Of a stretch of 22,159 nucleotides of DNA, positions 1 through 10,415 are shown piece after piece. Made by a program: the position numbers and the translations under genes. Under the pieces are notes generated by a model, which was given only the letters and a program-made list of their open reading frames with translations, did no database searches and was not told where the DNA came from. Source of the stretch: Chiloscyllium plagiosum (Eukaryota); NCBI RefSeq assembly GCF_004010195.1, contig NC_057718.1, positions 84,050,924 to 84,073,082 of the forward strand. Reading direction: 5' to 3'. The stretch's first letter is position 1. Each line of letters begins with the position of its first letter.

Positions 1-2659
1 ATCTCTGATGAGCTCTTGATCTCACAACATTCTCTTAATTGTGCATTTCCTGACTTTTAAAGCCTAGTGATAACCCATGTCATAACATCATTGCAATGTC
101 AGAAATTCCTTGCAGACTATATTAGAAAGCTGTTTTTTGTTTAAGAGCATACGATGAAATGGCTTAATCTGGAAGTGGAGATTTGGGTTTATTACAAAGT
201 GATCCATTAACCTTTGTTTTATTTCACTGATACTTATAATGCTGAAGTATTTATTCAAATGACCCCACATTCCTGTACTCCATGTGCCCAAACATCATAC
301 CAGTCTAAGTTGTTACAGGATATTGAGGAAAAAAATTTGAGCCATAACTGAATAGTGTGTGTTAATTCCCAGTACATATTATTTGCTAATTGATTCGTGT
401 GTTGAGCACTGAACAAATTAGATTCAAATTTATAGAGACCACAGTATTGAACTAAGTCATGATGCTGAATGCAAATGGACCTGTTGAGTGCTTTCTGCAG
501 TGTCTTATTTAAGAGAAAGAAAGCAATCTTGAATTCACAAATAACTCATGAATTTAGATGATAATTGACTCTTAAAGCAGATTGACATAGATTGCAGAGT
601 ATATAACACTAGTGCAGTATTACAGCAGGATGCATGAGAGTATTGGGATGCAACATGCGCTTATCAGACCATTAAATTGCTAACCAGTTAGCATTGGAAT
701 GCATGGATGACAATGTACAGGTCAGACTAAACAGTGCAAGCTAGCTATTTTTGTTAATAATAGATTGCTTGTTCCAAGCCCCATTCAAAAATGCAGTATT
801 TAGCATCAAAAATAAGATTTACAAATAGCTTTTGGGCTCCATATATGAATCCTGCTGTTACCTTAAAAAGATATCACTTTTTAATCGGCCTGTCTATATT
901 GTAATTTGACCTTTTCCAAACATGCCACTTCATAATTTAGTCAAAATGATCCATTCTTAATGTTAGCATTTGAATTTGATTCACACCTTCTTGTTACAAC
1001 TGTACATTACTTCTCTGCAATAGCTTAAGTCTTTAATTCACATTATCTCAGAGTGTCACTAGTCCCTGTTTTTAATTTTTCCAAAAGTGTTAAAACCATC
1101 ATGATCATGAGTCAGGAAATAGGGGTGCAGGCCTTTATAACAGAACTAAATATGAAAAATGATCGATATAGTACATTATTTGATTGCAAGCCTTTGGCGC
1201 ATTGAAATAAGGGCATAACCCTGAACTCTGGTTCAAAATGTACTGATGTTATGATTTGAATTATCCACAAATTTTCATTCCAGTAGCTTACATTTGTGAT
1301 TTGAACAAATACACTTATGCATGCTAATTTTAAAATAAATCACTTTATTGCCACTAGAATAAATAAATTCAACAAGCACTATTAAATCTACTGTATCTAA
1401 TTAGACTTCGTGTTGGTAATTTATCATACTTTATTCAAAACACTTCATCTATGGGACAACCGAACAATATTAAAATGCTATCATTTCAGCAAGCCATTTT
1501 AAGCACTTTTACATATCAGTGGCTATACTGTTTCAGTTAATCTATTGATAGGGCTGCCAAATATAAACTGTTATGGGTATTTTTACAATATTTAGTTGGG
1601 GGAAAAGGCTTAATTGGCATTAATTTTTTTTATATAAGCAAGTAGATTTCAGCTTCAGGTGCTTTCATTGATCTTGTAAATTTGGAAAATGCAGAAGGGA
1701 GCATGGAGGGTTGGGGTAAAGTACAAAATGACTGGTAACGGATTTACGCAATTATAATCAGCAAGTTAAATAAGTCTTAAAACTGCTTGATTTTTGTTGG
1801 CATGATATTTAAAAAGTGCTGTATCATACAAGTATCATATTTAAGCCCACTAATTCAGTAGTTTTGGACACTATTTAGGAAGTTTTTTTTCGTTCATAAA
1901 TGGCAGTGTCATTGAGAAACCTTTGTATGTTGTCATTGAGTCAAAATTTGTCAACTCTTTGCCAATTGTTACTTTTCTCTTGATCCTATCAAGTGTTTGT
2001 TAGATCTTTTAAGCCTGGCAACACTTAAACTACATGTAAGTCATAAGCATGCTGTTTAAGTTGAATAATGATGCCACTATGAAAGGCAGTGAGTGCACAG
2101 AAGACTGAATTTGGAAGACTTCACTGAAAAATATACGGGCAATGAAAATTAGCAGACCAGTCAGATTAACTTTCAGGGTTACATACCAGTTGGAAAATAC
2201 CATTACCAGTGTGCATTTCTGTTTGTACTGTATATGTCAATTAGATATGGTTCAGCAAATGAAAGAAAGCACTTGAAAAATATATTCCCTATTTATGCAA
2301 GCTTGGCTGTCTATGGCTGGAATCCATAGTTGTCATATTGCAGCTGACTAATGAGGCAGTATTGCTGTATATCTAACAGACTTCAAATTAAGTCTATGAG
2401 AACTACTTTCAGTACATGTCAGCATGGTAAATATTGGTTAGTTGAAACTTCAGATTTGATACAGTTTCAGCAGACCTGTTCAGAAGTAATAGATGTTCTC
2501 TCTGTACTGCTGACTTTATTTTCTGCCAAATTTTATATTTCTAGGTATTGATCACATAATGCGGGAAAGAGAAAACAAAGTGTAATTTATTATTTTTAAA
2601 AAATAAGTCCAACTATGTGCCTCCTTAAAAGTGCATTGACTTTCAGAGTATAATTTGTA

Positions 2660-2790
2660 AAGGAATATAAACAGATTTAGACCATTCAGTTCTGCAAACC
2701 TTTTCCACCATTCAGCCAGATAATGGATGATTTGTACCTCACCTTCATTTACTCATTATTTCTTCATGTCCCTCTTGAGGAATATCTGAC
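2660..2790 (-). mobile_element. Old, degenerate CR1-type LINE 3' end
   Basis: gaccattcag...ccaccattcagccagataatggatgatttgtacctc resembles the reverse complement of shark CR1 3' tails. Confidence 0.4.
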
Positions 2791-3169
2791 CAAATTAGGC
2801 TTCCTCCCTCGAGAAGAAATTGCAGCAAATCACAGCAACAAAGCTGGTGGTCTTTAATGCAAAGCAAACTAAGATTCACTCTGATCTGGTTGGGAACCTC
2901 CTACATTATAAATGAAGTCATTTAATTGTAGTTGAATGTGTCGTGATGCGCCCTGTACTGTTTGTGCTAGACGCATGCCAGTTTTAGTAGCTGCCAAATG
3001 TGCCTTTTTATTATGTCTCAACCTTCTTTTCTGACTTCTTGAACTTTTTTTAAAATCCTCTTTGTTTTAAGAAAAGGGAGGTGGGGCAAGTTATATTTCT
3101 GGTTATATGCACCAGAAAACAAACCTTTTCTGCTATAAATATAAAATGTACATATCAGTGGTTAAATTT

Positions 3170-3224
3170 TGTGTGTGTGTGTGTATATGTGTGTGTATAT
3201 TATATATATCACATACATATATAT
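3170..3224. repeat. Compound (TG)n/(TA)n microsatellite
   Basis: tgtgtgtgtgtgtgtatatgtgtgtgtatattatatatatcacatacatatata. Confidence 0.9.
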
Positions 3225-4688
3225 AAATGCATCAGTTTGAATGGCATAGTTATTTGCAGCTATGATTATATGTAGTCATTAGATAGAAGTTGACCAGATT
3301 TGAGAACAAATGGTAGTCTGTCTTGGCACATCTAAAACGATTTGTATACTTTAACCATGTCTGTAGAATTTTGTATTCTATGTTAGGAGTAACAGTATTC
3401 ATTTTGCAATTCAGTATCATAATTGTGGTTTCCCCTGCATCGATTACACTGAAAAGTTATATTCAAAAAGAATGGGAACAAGTAAATAATGGCAAAGCAA
3501 CACTTGACTTACAAAATAGGACCCAGATGAAATGTACACAATAATGAAATAAAATTGATTTTGCCTTACTTTTGTTCCAAGTGTATTAGACTGACATGTT
3601 TAATGTAACTCACCAGGATATTTTGTTTCTTTCCTGCAACAATTATTTTTAACAATATTCTAAGTTGTTTTTCAACTGGTATGTAAATCCTAGAATGCTT
3701 CGCAATGGGAATTTTTGCATTTGCCTAATTTTTTTGTGTGTAATTGGTTTTTATTTTTAAATGGTTATGTTAAATTTCCAGGTGTCAGATGTTCTGTTTT
3801 TCCTTTTTAATTTATATTTTAAAAAAATGAAAACTATGTATTAAATATGTTTGAAACCTTAGTGTTTCATTTAGTGTTTTCATTTTTAATCTTGGGTATC
3901 TGTTTTTGCAGAGGTTTAATTCAGGAGTAAAAATCAGTGTTTCTCATTTATACGCTAAGTTTTAGAACAATAGATGGGTTACGTCTTCAAGGAGTAGTAA
4001 TTTGAGTCATTGTTTAGACAAGTTCAATAATTAATGAAGGATTTTTTGGTTTCTGAACCAGAATAAACGTGCGTCCAATTAATGAACTTGCCCTTTTCTC
4101 TCACAATAATAGATCTAGACAGTAAACACCATGGTTCATTTTAGTTGTATAGTTTAATTTTATATTGGTTCAATTTCTTATAGTTCAGGTTTCTATATAC
4201 TATTATCGATGCTGTTTTGTCTTAATTTAGTCTTTAATATATAGATCATGTTCTGACTCTGAACAAGAATTTCCATTACATTGTGTTGTTTTTTTTATGG
4301 CAATTTGCTAGGAATTAGCTAAACCGAGACAGTTTGATAAATATTAATGGAATTCATATACACCCCAGCTCATTTGGTTTAAAGCCGCATTTGAGGCAAC
4401 AAACAACTAGGTATTGAACAGTTGGTCTTGCTGACTGCTTATCCATCAGAGTAATGGATTTCATCAATAAGCTGCACAAAGGTACCACTCTTTAAAAAAA
4501 ACAAAGAACATCTTAATACAAATTTAATTTATTTCTAAAGCTGGACCATGCCAAACTTTGGCAATATATAAATTAACATGATCATTATTTGTTTTCTGGC
4601 AGGAGATGGAAGAAAGAGAACACAAAATTTTGATCGCTGATTGGGCCAAAAGTTTCTTTATCTTGCACTTTCTCTGTCTCTATCTACC

Positions 4689-4724
4689 TGTGTGTGTGTG
4701 TGTGTGTCTCACTCTCACTCTCAC
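4689..4724. repeat. (TG)9 followed by (TCTCAC)3
   Basis: Read directly from the sequence. Confidence 0.9.
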
Positions 4725-4769
4725 TCACACTCCTTTTATGATGCTTATTTCACACTCTCCAGTTGTTAA

Positions 4770-5283
4770 TGGTTCTGCTCAGATCGCCCTGCTATAGGAA
4801 AGATGTTATTAAACTGAAAAGGGTGTAAAAAATATTTACAGAGATGTTGCTGAGACTGGAAGGTTTAAATTATAAGGAGAGGCTGGATATCCTGGGACTT
4901 TTTTTTGGTGGAACATAGGAAGCTGAGGGGTGATCTTATACAAGTTTATAAAATCATGAGAGACATCAATAAGGTGAATACCAAAAGACTTTTCCCAGGA
5001 TATGGAAGTCCATAACTAGATGGTGTAGGTTTAAGGTAAAAGGGGAAAGATTTAAGAGACAACGTTTTCACATAGATGTTGCATATATGGAATGAGCTGC
5101 CAGAGGAAATGGTTGATGCAGATACAATTAAAGATTTTAAAGATACTTGAATAGGTACATGGATAGAAAGATTTAGAGTTATATGGGCTAAACACAGGCA
5201 AATGGGACTGGTTCGGTTTAGGAAACCAGGTTGGCATAAGCGATTTGGGCCTGTTTCCATGTTGCATGATTCTGAGATTCTAT
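4770..5283 (+). mobile_element. CR1/HER1 LINE 3' fragment (decayed RT C-terminus plus tail)
   Basis: Residual CYRKDVIKL..V.K.FT.ML..L.GL.Y.ERL and LRGDLIQVYKIMR motifs. Tail gggcctgtttccatgttgcatgattctgagattct. Confidence 0.88.
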
Positions 5284-5621
5284 TTACACTCCTCCCCACC
5301 ATGCCACACAAGGTAAATCTATCCAGTCGAGCCTTAAACCACAACAAAAATAAATTAAACAAACTTAATCAGCTTTGCCGGCAGAAGACGGTTCTGCAAC
5401 ATAATATCCTTTCTGCCAGGAGTTTTCAAGTCAGCAAAACTATCTTGGCAGAGTATATAGGTCACCAGTTAAAGTATATCTGGGCTTTGAGGACTTGTGT
5501 ATTCATAATATAAGAATTCTACCCTCAATGTATTATATGTATGAACTCTAAATTACATTTTAATGATTAATGTATATACTGTACCATGAATACTACTTCA
5601 TAGACTATCAAAGATAGTTAT

Positions 5622-5801
5622 AATCATAGAATCCCTTTCGTATGGAAATAGGTTTGTTGGCCCAAGTCCACACCAACCCTCCGAAGAGTAACCCACCCAG
5701 AACTAATCCCGTGCTTCTCTACATTTATACCTGGCTAATGCACCTAACCTACACATCCCCGAACACTATGGGCAATTTAGCATGACCAATTCACCTAACC
5801 T
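5622..5801 (-). mobile_element. HE1-like SINE, 3' half
   Basis: Matches the tail portion of the full copy at 20986-21301 (caagtccacaccaaccctccgaagagtaacccacccag...gggcaatttagcatgaccaattcacctaacct). Confidence 0.85.
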
Positions 5802-5826
5802 ATTCTACTTTAAATTTATACAAAAT

Positions 5827-7400
5827 GAACTGAATTTCCCAAAATTTAGCTGTATCAATTTCAGGGAATCTCATATAGGGTTTTCCTTCATGAGCCCAAG
5901 TGTTTTTTTCTCATGCACATTTATGCTGCTCACCTGATTGGAGTATGTAGCACACTGCTCTCATATGCTGTCTTGCACTCAGCTGCAGTGAAATACTTAC
6001 TGATGCCATATTAAAATGCAGCTGTACACCACTTCAAATAGTGTAAGCCAGGAATGAAAATCTGAGAATGAAAATCCAAAGGCAATGATTGACAGAGGGA
6101 AATTGATACTCTTGGGTCACTTACAGGAACCGAGAGGTCCTGTTGGACTAGGTGGTGGAGAGGAGGGCTGTCCTTTTATTCTCAGAATCACCAGGGGAGA
6201 CTACAGCAGCAGATTTCACCAGCATGTTCTGATAGGTTGTTGGGATGTCAATGGGCCAGAGGATCGCCCAGCAGTGCAGGAAGATGACTTTCTGTATTCA
6301 GCAAGTATAAATGCAGAAATACAGAAAGAAATGCTCTCTACTGTCTTGCACTCACTATAATTTTGCCATTGTATGCACCTTCTGAGGTTTGTGATCTGCA
6401 ACTCTCATTATTGTCATGCAGTATGTTCCCTTGATGGCTCTCATCTCTCCTATTCCCCCAAACTACTAACTTTTTTTTCCTCTGCACTCACTATGCACGC
6501 ACACACCTCATTAAGTTTCCTTCACTTACACTAACTCGAAGAGCTCTGGTTGACACTTTTATCTTACTCAATTCCTCCCTTTGTCTCATTGCAGAAGAAA
6601 ATGGCCCACAAGAAGCTGAAAGAGCTAAGATGTTTGTGGAATGGTCGTCAATTGTCTTCTTGCTCAAATGAGCAAAAGCTCTTTGAGCTGGCAGGAGAGG
6701 ATAGAGACAGCTTGTGGGCTGCTGAGATCCTAACAGCAAGTAAGATTCATTTTGATTGCTGCATTGTTCTTCCATTGCCATCATGTGAGCATATTCTTGA
6801 CATGCTCCAGCTTTAAACTTGTTGTGCAACTTATTCCCTCACTTGTCTTCTATAGGCACTAGTGGCATCCAAACATCATCCTCTTAGAAGAGACCAGTCT
6901 TTCTATCCACCATCTTCTCCTCCACTGCTGAGGAAGAAGCCACAGATCCTTAAAGCATCTCAACCAGCTCAAATACTGTAACCTGAGTGGCACACATGAC
7001 TGACCTGTCTCCGTAGCTGGCCAAGAAAGAAACCCCCAGGTTTCTGGGACTTAGGACTGCCAGAGACCAGGTACCTACCTAGCCCCAGACAGGACAGGAT
7101 AGGATGTTGGCCACATAACTGTTAAAATACATCAGCTCACAGGTTTGTTGCACACTAGGTCAAAAATTGGAGGAGTTCACCTATGCACTCTGCCCTGCCA
7201 GCTCCACTTTGCATGTATCTGGCTGCTATAGAGACCCAGGTCTAGCAGGATGCTCATTGGCGCTCAGATCTGTACTCCATTGCTGCAGCCATTAATTAAA
7301 AGGCGACAGAAATACAAGGGACCTTGACTTCACCCAGGTGTCTCTTTCTCACAAGGGAACAGAGTGGTGCCAGAAGACATCCAGCAGAGGAGGAACCAAA
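5827..7400 (+). mobile_element. Ancient PIF/Harbinger-like transposon remnant with pseudogenised Myb/SANT-like gene
   Basis: Segment 1 (~6134-6305) reads EVLLD*VVERRAVL...RIAQQCRK..DFLYSA with frameshifts. Acceptor ttgcag|6595 opens a 145-nt exon KKMAHKK...EQKLFELAGEDRD ending at donor gtaag (6740). A third acceptor tctatag|6856 is followed by stop-riddled sequence. The 5' region is homologous to 15430-15642 (-). The right end is uncertain. Confidence 0.65.
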
Positions 7401-8617
7401 TGTAGGCCCTCTTTACCATCTTTTCCTCAGTAAACTGCCACTCCCCCAAATGTTCAGTGTCCATGACATCTTTTCATTGCTTCTGGTGTCTACACCATGG
7501 CATTCAAAGATATTTCTGGAACCTCCCTGTTTTCTTTTGGAGACAAAAAATGGCTTCAGCATTTAGACAAAATGGCTGACCAACTGATTTAAAAAGCCTA
7601 CTTCTGCATTTAAGTGAAAAATAATAGTGCCTTTGGGAAGGGGGTTATTCCAAGGCAAAAGAAAGCATTATCTGAACAGCAAGATTCCAAATAATGTAGA
7701 GAAAGCGCGATAAGGAGATTCAGGGCTGAACAATTCAAAGATTTGTAGCAAATACAAGAAATAATGGAATTGTAACTGATTTTTAAAAAAACTTTGAAAG
7801 ATCACTAAACTACCAGTAATTAATTCAAGTCTCATTAAAGAAAGGAGGTGTTTGACCTTAAAAACAGCAGCTAAAGTTATCTCCTAGAAATTAGCTGATT
7901 ATTTGTAATATTAATAGGTTCTAGTTAAAGATTATTTAAATAAGCACAGAGATTTCAACGTAATTATAAAACTTTATAATGAAAGCACTAAGGGAAAACA
8001 TTAAAGAGATGCCTGGCATATCTTGTCTCATTAGCTAAAGAATGTTAACAGTAATAGTAATTACAAAATTTTATAATAAAACTAATACTATGAATTTTAT
8101 AATCGAATCAACTGCCTTTTACATAAAAAGAAGTAATGGAATTTGATAAAGATAGCAAGTATAATGAACAATAGAATTCAAGGAAGCCAGGGATGTGACC
8201 AAAAGAGAACAGCTAGTAACTTTGGAATGCAACATAGAAAGACTCCAAGGATTGTCTATATGAAAGCCCATCATTGATATCAGGTGTTTTACAGAATCGG
8301 TCCCATTGAGGAGCGGGTAGGCCACAGTAACCATAAGTATGATCATTGTAACGCAATGTATAAAAAATACTTTTTTCACTGTAAAAATCAGGGTGTGCCA
8401 TTGATCTCTCTTCCAATCTGAGCTGAAGTGAATGATTATGTTCACACGTCGAAGCCAGGATCGGGAAGTTCCTTTGGCCCTTTCCCTGTCTTATCCAATA
8501 TTTGCTTGAATAAAAGTCTGCTGCGTGTCTGTATCCTGTCAGCCTCCTGAATCTTTGTCCCCAGTCAGGGGTCACGCTACTACAATATGGGAATTCGGTA
8601 GAGCACTCCAAGGTCAC

Positions 8618-8720
8618 TTTCTGTTTCCGATTCCTGAAGAAGGACTTATGCCCAAAACGTCGATTCTCCTGCTCCTTGGATGCTGCCTGACCTGCTGCGC
8701 TTTTCCAGCAACACATTTTT
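8618..8720 (+). mobile_element. 103-bp Penelope-like terminal mini-insertion with 14-bp TSD and mutated hammerhead
   Basis: CACTCCAAGGTCAC flanks it exactly at 8604-8617 and 8721-8734. It contains CTGAAGA-A-GGAC-TTAT-GCCC-AAAA-CGTC and is homologous to 8871-8960 (-) and 14097-14184 (-). Confidence 0.8.
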
Positions 8721-8833
8721 CACTCCAAGGTCACCCCTAGACCCATCCAAGCATTGGAACCTCATTTTGTGAAGGCTTATTGTCTGCCTCATGATCCCCC
8801 TGGTGGAAGAATGTGCTGCACTGTATCTACTAA

Positions 8834-9045
8834 GAGAAAGTAAGGCCTGCAGATGCTGGAGATCAGAGTCAAAAAGTGTGATGCTAGCAAAGCAGAGCTG
8901 GTCAGGCAGCATCCGACGAGCAGGAGTCAACGTTTCGAGCATAAGCTCTTCATCAGGAATGTGGGGGTGCCCTGAGGTCTGAGAGATAAATGAGAGGGAG
9001 ATAGCTGGGAATGCAATATAGATGGAAGTGGGGGGTGATGATGAG
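8834..9045 (-). mobile_element. Penelope-like element terminal fragment
   Basis: Colinear with 14057-14285 (gagaaagt..ctgcagatgctggagatcagagt..tcatcaggaatg..ctgagagataaatg) and carries a hammerhead core. Confidence 0.72.
8925..8960 (-). ncRNA. Minimal type-I hammerhead ribozyme motif, intact core
   Basis: Minus strand AUUC-CUGAUGA-A-GAGC-UUAU-GCUC-GAAA-CGUU-GACU. Both conserved boxes are present, with a perfect 4-bp stem II, palindromic AACGUU stem III and a weak stem I. Confidence 0.72.
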
Positions 9046-9119
9046 GGCTCGTCTTGTGTGTATGGAAGCAGTGGTTCGAGGACAAAAATAAATTGGTCCT
9101 CTATCTCCTCTACAGCTTG

Positions 9120-9849
9120 AGGTACCCTGCAAATTCTTTATTTGGAAGCTTTTCAGTAGCCACCTGAAGGTTGCTGCTGGTCCTGGCCTTAGTGACATGA
9201 GTTCTCAATTTCTGTGGCCCTTTGTGGTGCAGTCACAGCAATGATGGTACTTAGTGTGGCTTGATCCATTGGTGAAGAATACAATGAGTCTCTCTGAGGA
9301 TATCAGAAACAAAGCAGCTTCTTCGTAATGTGATCAGTCAGCAGTCTCAGCACACATATATGTGAGTTTATCATAGTCCTCAACACAGTGGAACATTCGA
9401 GGCCTCTGACAAAGAACGCAGTGGGCTGCCTCTGTATGGACCTTTTAACATAGTGCACTTTTACTGAAATGTATGATTATAAGCCATATTGCACACACAC
9501 AGTAGATTTTAAGTGTCGTAGGAGCACTGACACATTTTCCTCCAACCAAATCTAGCCCAAGGAAGGCAACTTTACATATAACATTTCATACATTGCATCA
9601 GATGGAAGGTTGCTGGACCATTGTTTTAGCAGGAATGGTGTCACTCAGCATTGGCAAGATTGTTGGCGTGACAAAGTGATATGCTGCTATTGCTCTGGGT
9701 GTTGAAGGAATCTGGTGGTATCCCTTTAACAATTCTATTTTGGTTTGAAATCTGGCACTGTCAGCCCCTAGTAATACAATTTTACAACTGAGGAAGGAGT
9801 TGAACTTTCCTTTGTTATTGACCTTTCTATAGTCTATGCAAAATCTGCA
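9120..9849 (-). mobile_element. Decayed Gypsy/Ty3 LTR retrotransposon pol (RT to RNase H) fragment
   Basis: Minus frame from 9849 reads CRFCIDYRKVN...TKIELLKGYHQIPSTPRAIAAYHFVTP then PATF after a frameshift, the classic Gypsy RT motifs. An FRWLL-like RNase H end motif lies near 9170. Confidence 0.8.
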
Positions 9850-9854
9850 TTTGG

Positions 9855-9975
9855 TGAGGTGATGGCAAAATAATGATGTTACTGACTAGCAATCCAAAGA
9901 CCCAGTCCAATGTTCTAGGGACATGAGTTAAAACCCCACTGCAGCTGATGTAGTTTCAGTGCAATAAATCTGAAA
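9855..9975 (+). mobile_element. tRNA-derived head of a SacSINE1/DeuSINE-like SINE
   Basis: gaggtgatggc..tgttactgactagcaatccaaagacccagtccaatgttctagggacatgagttaaaacccc, with degenerate A/B boxes, resembles the recalled shark SINE head. Confidence 0.5.
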
Positions 9976-10122
9976 TCCCTAAGTGTCACAACATTTGTAT
10001 TCCAATTTCAAAGACAACAGAAAAATTGAAGTTAATGTGGAAATCAGTTTAGTTATTGAGTCATAAAGTCAGTCATACAGCATGGAAACAGATCCTTTGG
10101 TCCAACTTGTCCATGCTGAACA

Positions 10123-10415
10123 GCCAGGAAATTCCTAGAAGCATGGCACTCATCCACAAACTCCATCCACAAACACATCGACCTGGACCCAATATACCGG
10201 CCACTACAGCGGACAGCTGAAACTGACAACCGGAAGCGGCAGGTACAGGCCACTATAAATGCCGGAGGAAACACCACAGAGGCTCTTACCAGGAGGCTCC
10301 CAAGCACTGAGGATGTCACCTAGACAGGGGACGAAACGTTTGCAACAAAAACTTCCAGCTCGGCGAACGGAACCACAGCAACAAGCACCCGAGCTACAAA
10401 TCTTCTCACAAACTT
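10123..10415 (+). mobile_element. 5'-truncated Penelope-like element: GIY-YIG endonuclease C-terminus plus terminal repeat with hammerhead
   Basis: Open frame 10123-10323 reads ARKFLEAWHSSTNSIHKHIDLDPIYRPLQRT...STEDVT*, with the R.FLEAW..SI.K motif typical of PLE GIY-YIG ends. TGAACAGC is repeated at 10117-10124 and 10416-10423. CpGs are preserved. Confidence 0.82.
10304..10343 (+). ncRNA. Minimal type-I hammerhead ribozyme motif, intact core
   Basis: GCA-CUGAGGA-U-GUC(A)CCU-AGAC-AGG(G)GAC-GAAA-CGUU-UGC. Stem I is GCA/UGC, stem II is 3+3 bp with an A.G mismatch, and stem III is the palindrome AACGUU. Predicted cleavage after U10340. Confidence 0.78.

Larger units (their letters stand above)
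1..4560 (+). other. Putative long 3'UTR of an unidentified + strand gene converging on MORN2
   Basis: Almost free of interspersed repeats compared with the rest of the window. U/GU-rich on +, no credible ORF, several AATAAA (e.g. ~1335, ~1358, ~3548, ~4062) and clustered miRNA seed matches. Confidence 0.5.

Noticed and set aside
5..40. CTGATGA box at the window start as a possible hammerhead
   Set aside because: No stem II followed by GAAA downstream.
8119..9198. Cluster of overlapping ORFs up to 167 aa
   Set aside because: They span PLE termini and insertion junctions and have no recognisable domain, so they are chance ORFs.
9294..9312. CTGAGGA-TATCA-GAAAC hammerhead-like spacing
   Set aside because: Only 5 nt lie between the boxes, there are no stems II/III or cleavage triplet, and it falls in a decayed Gypsy fragment.
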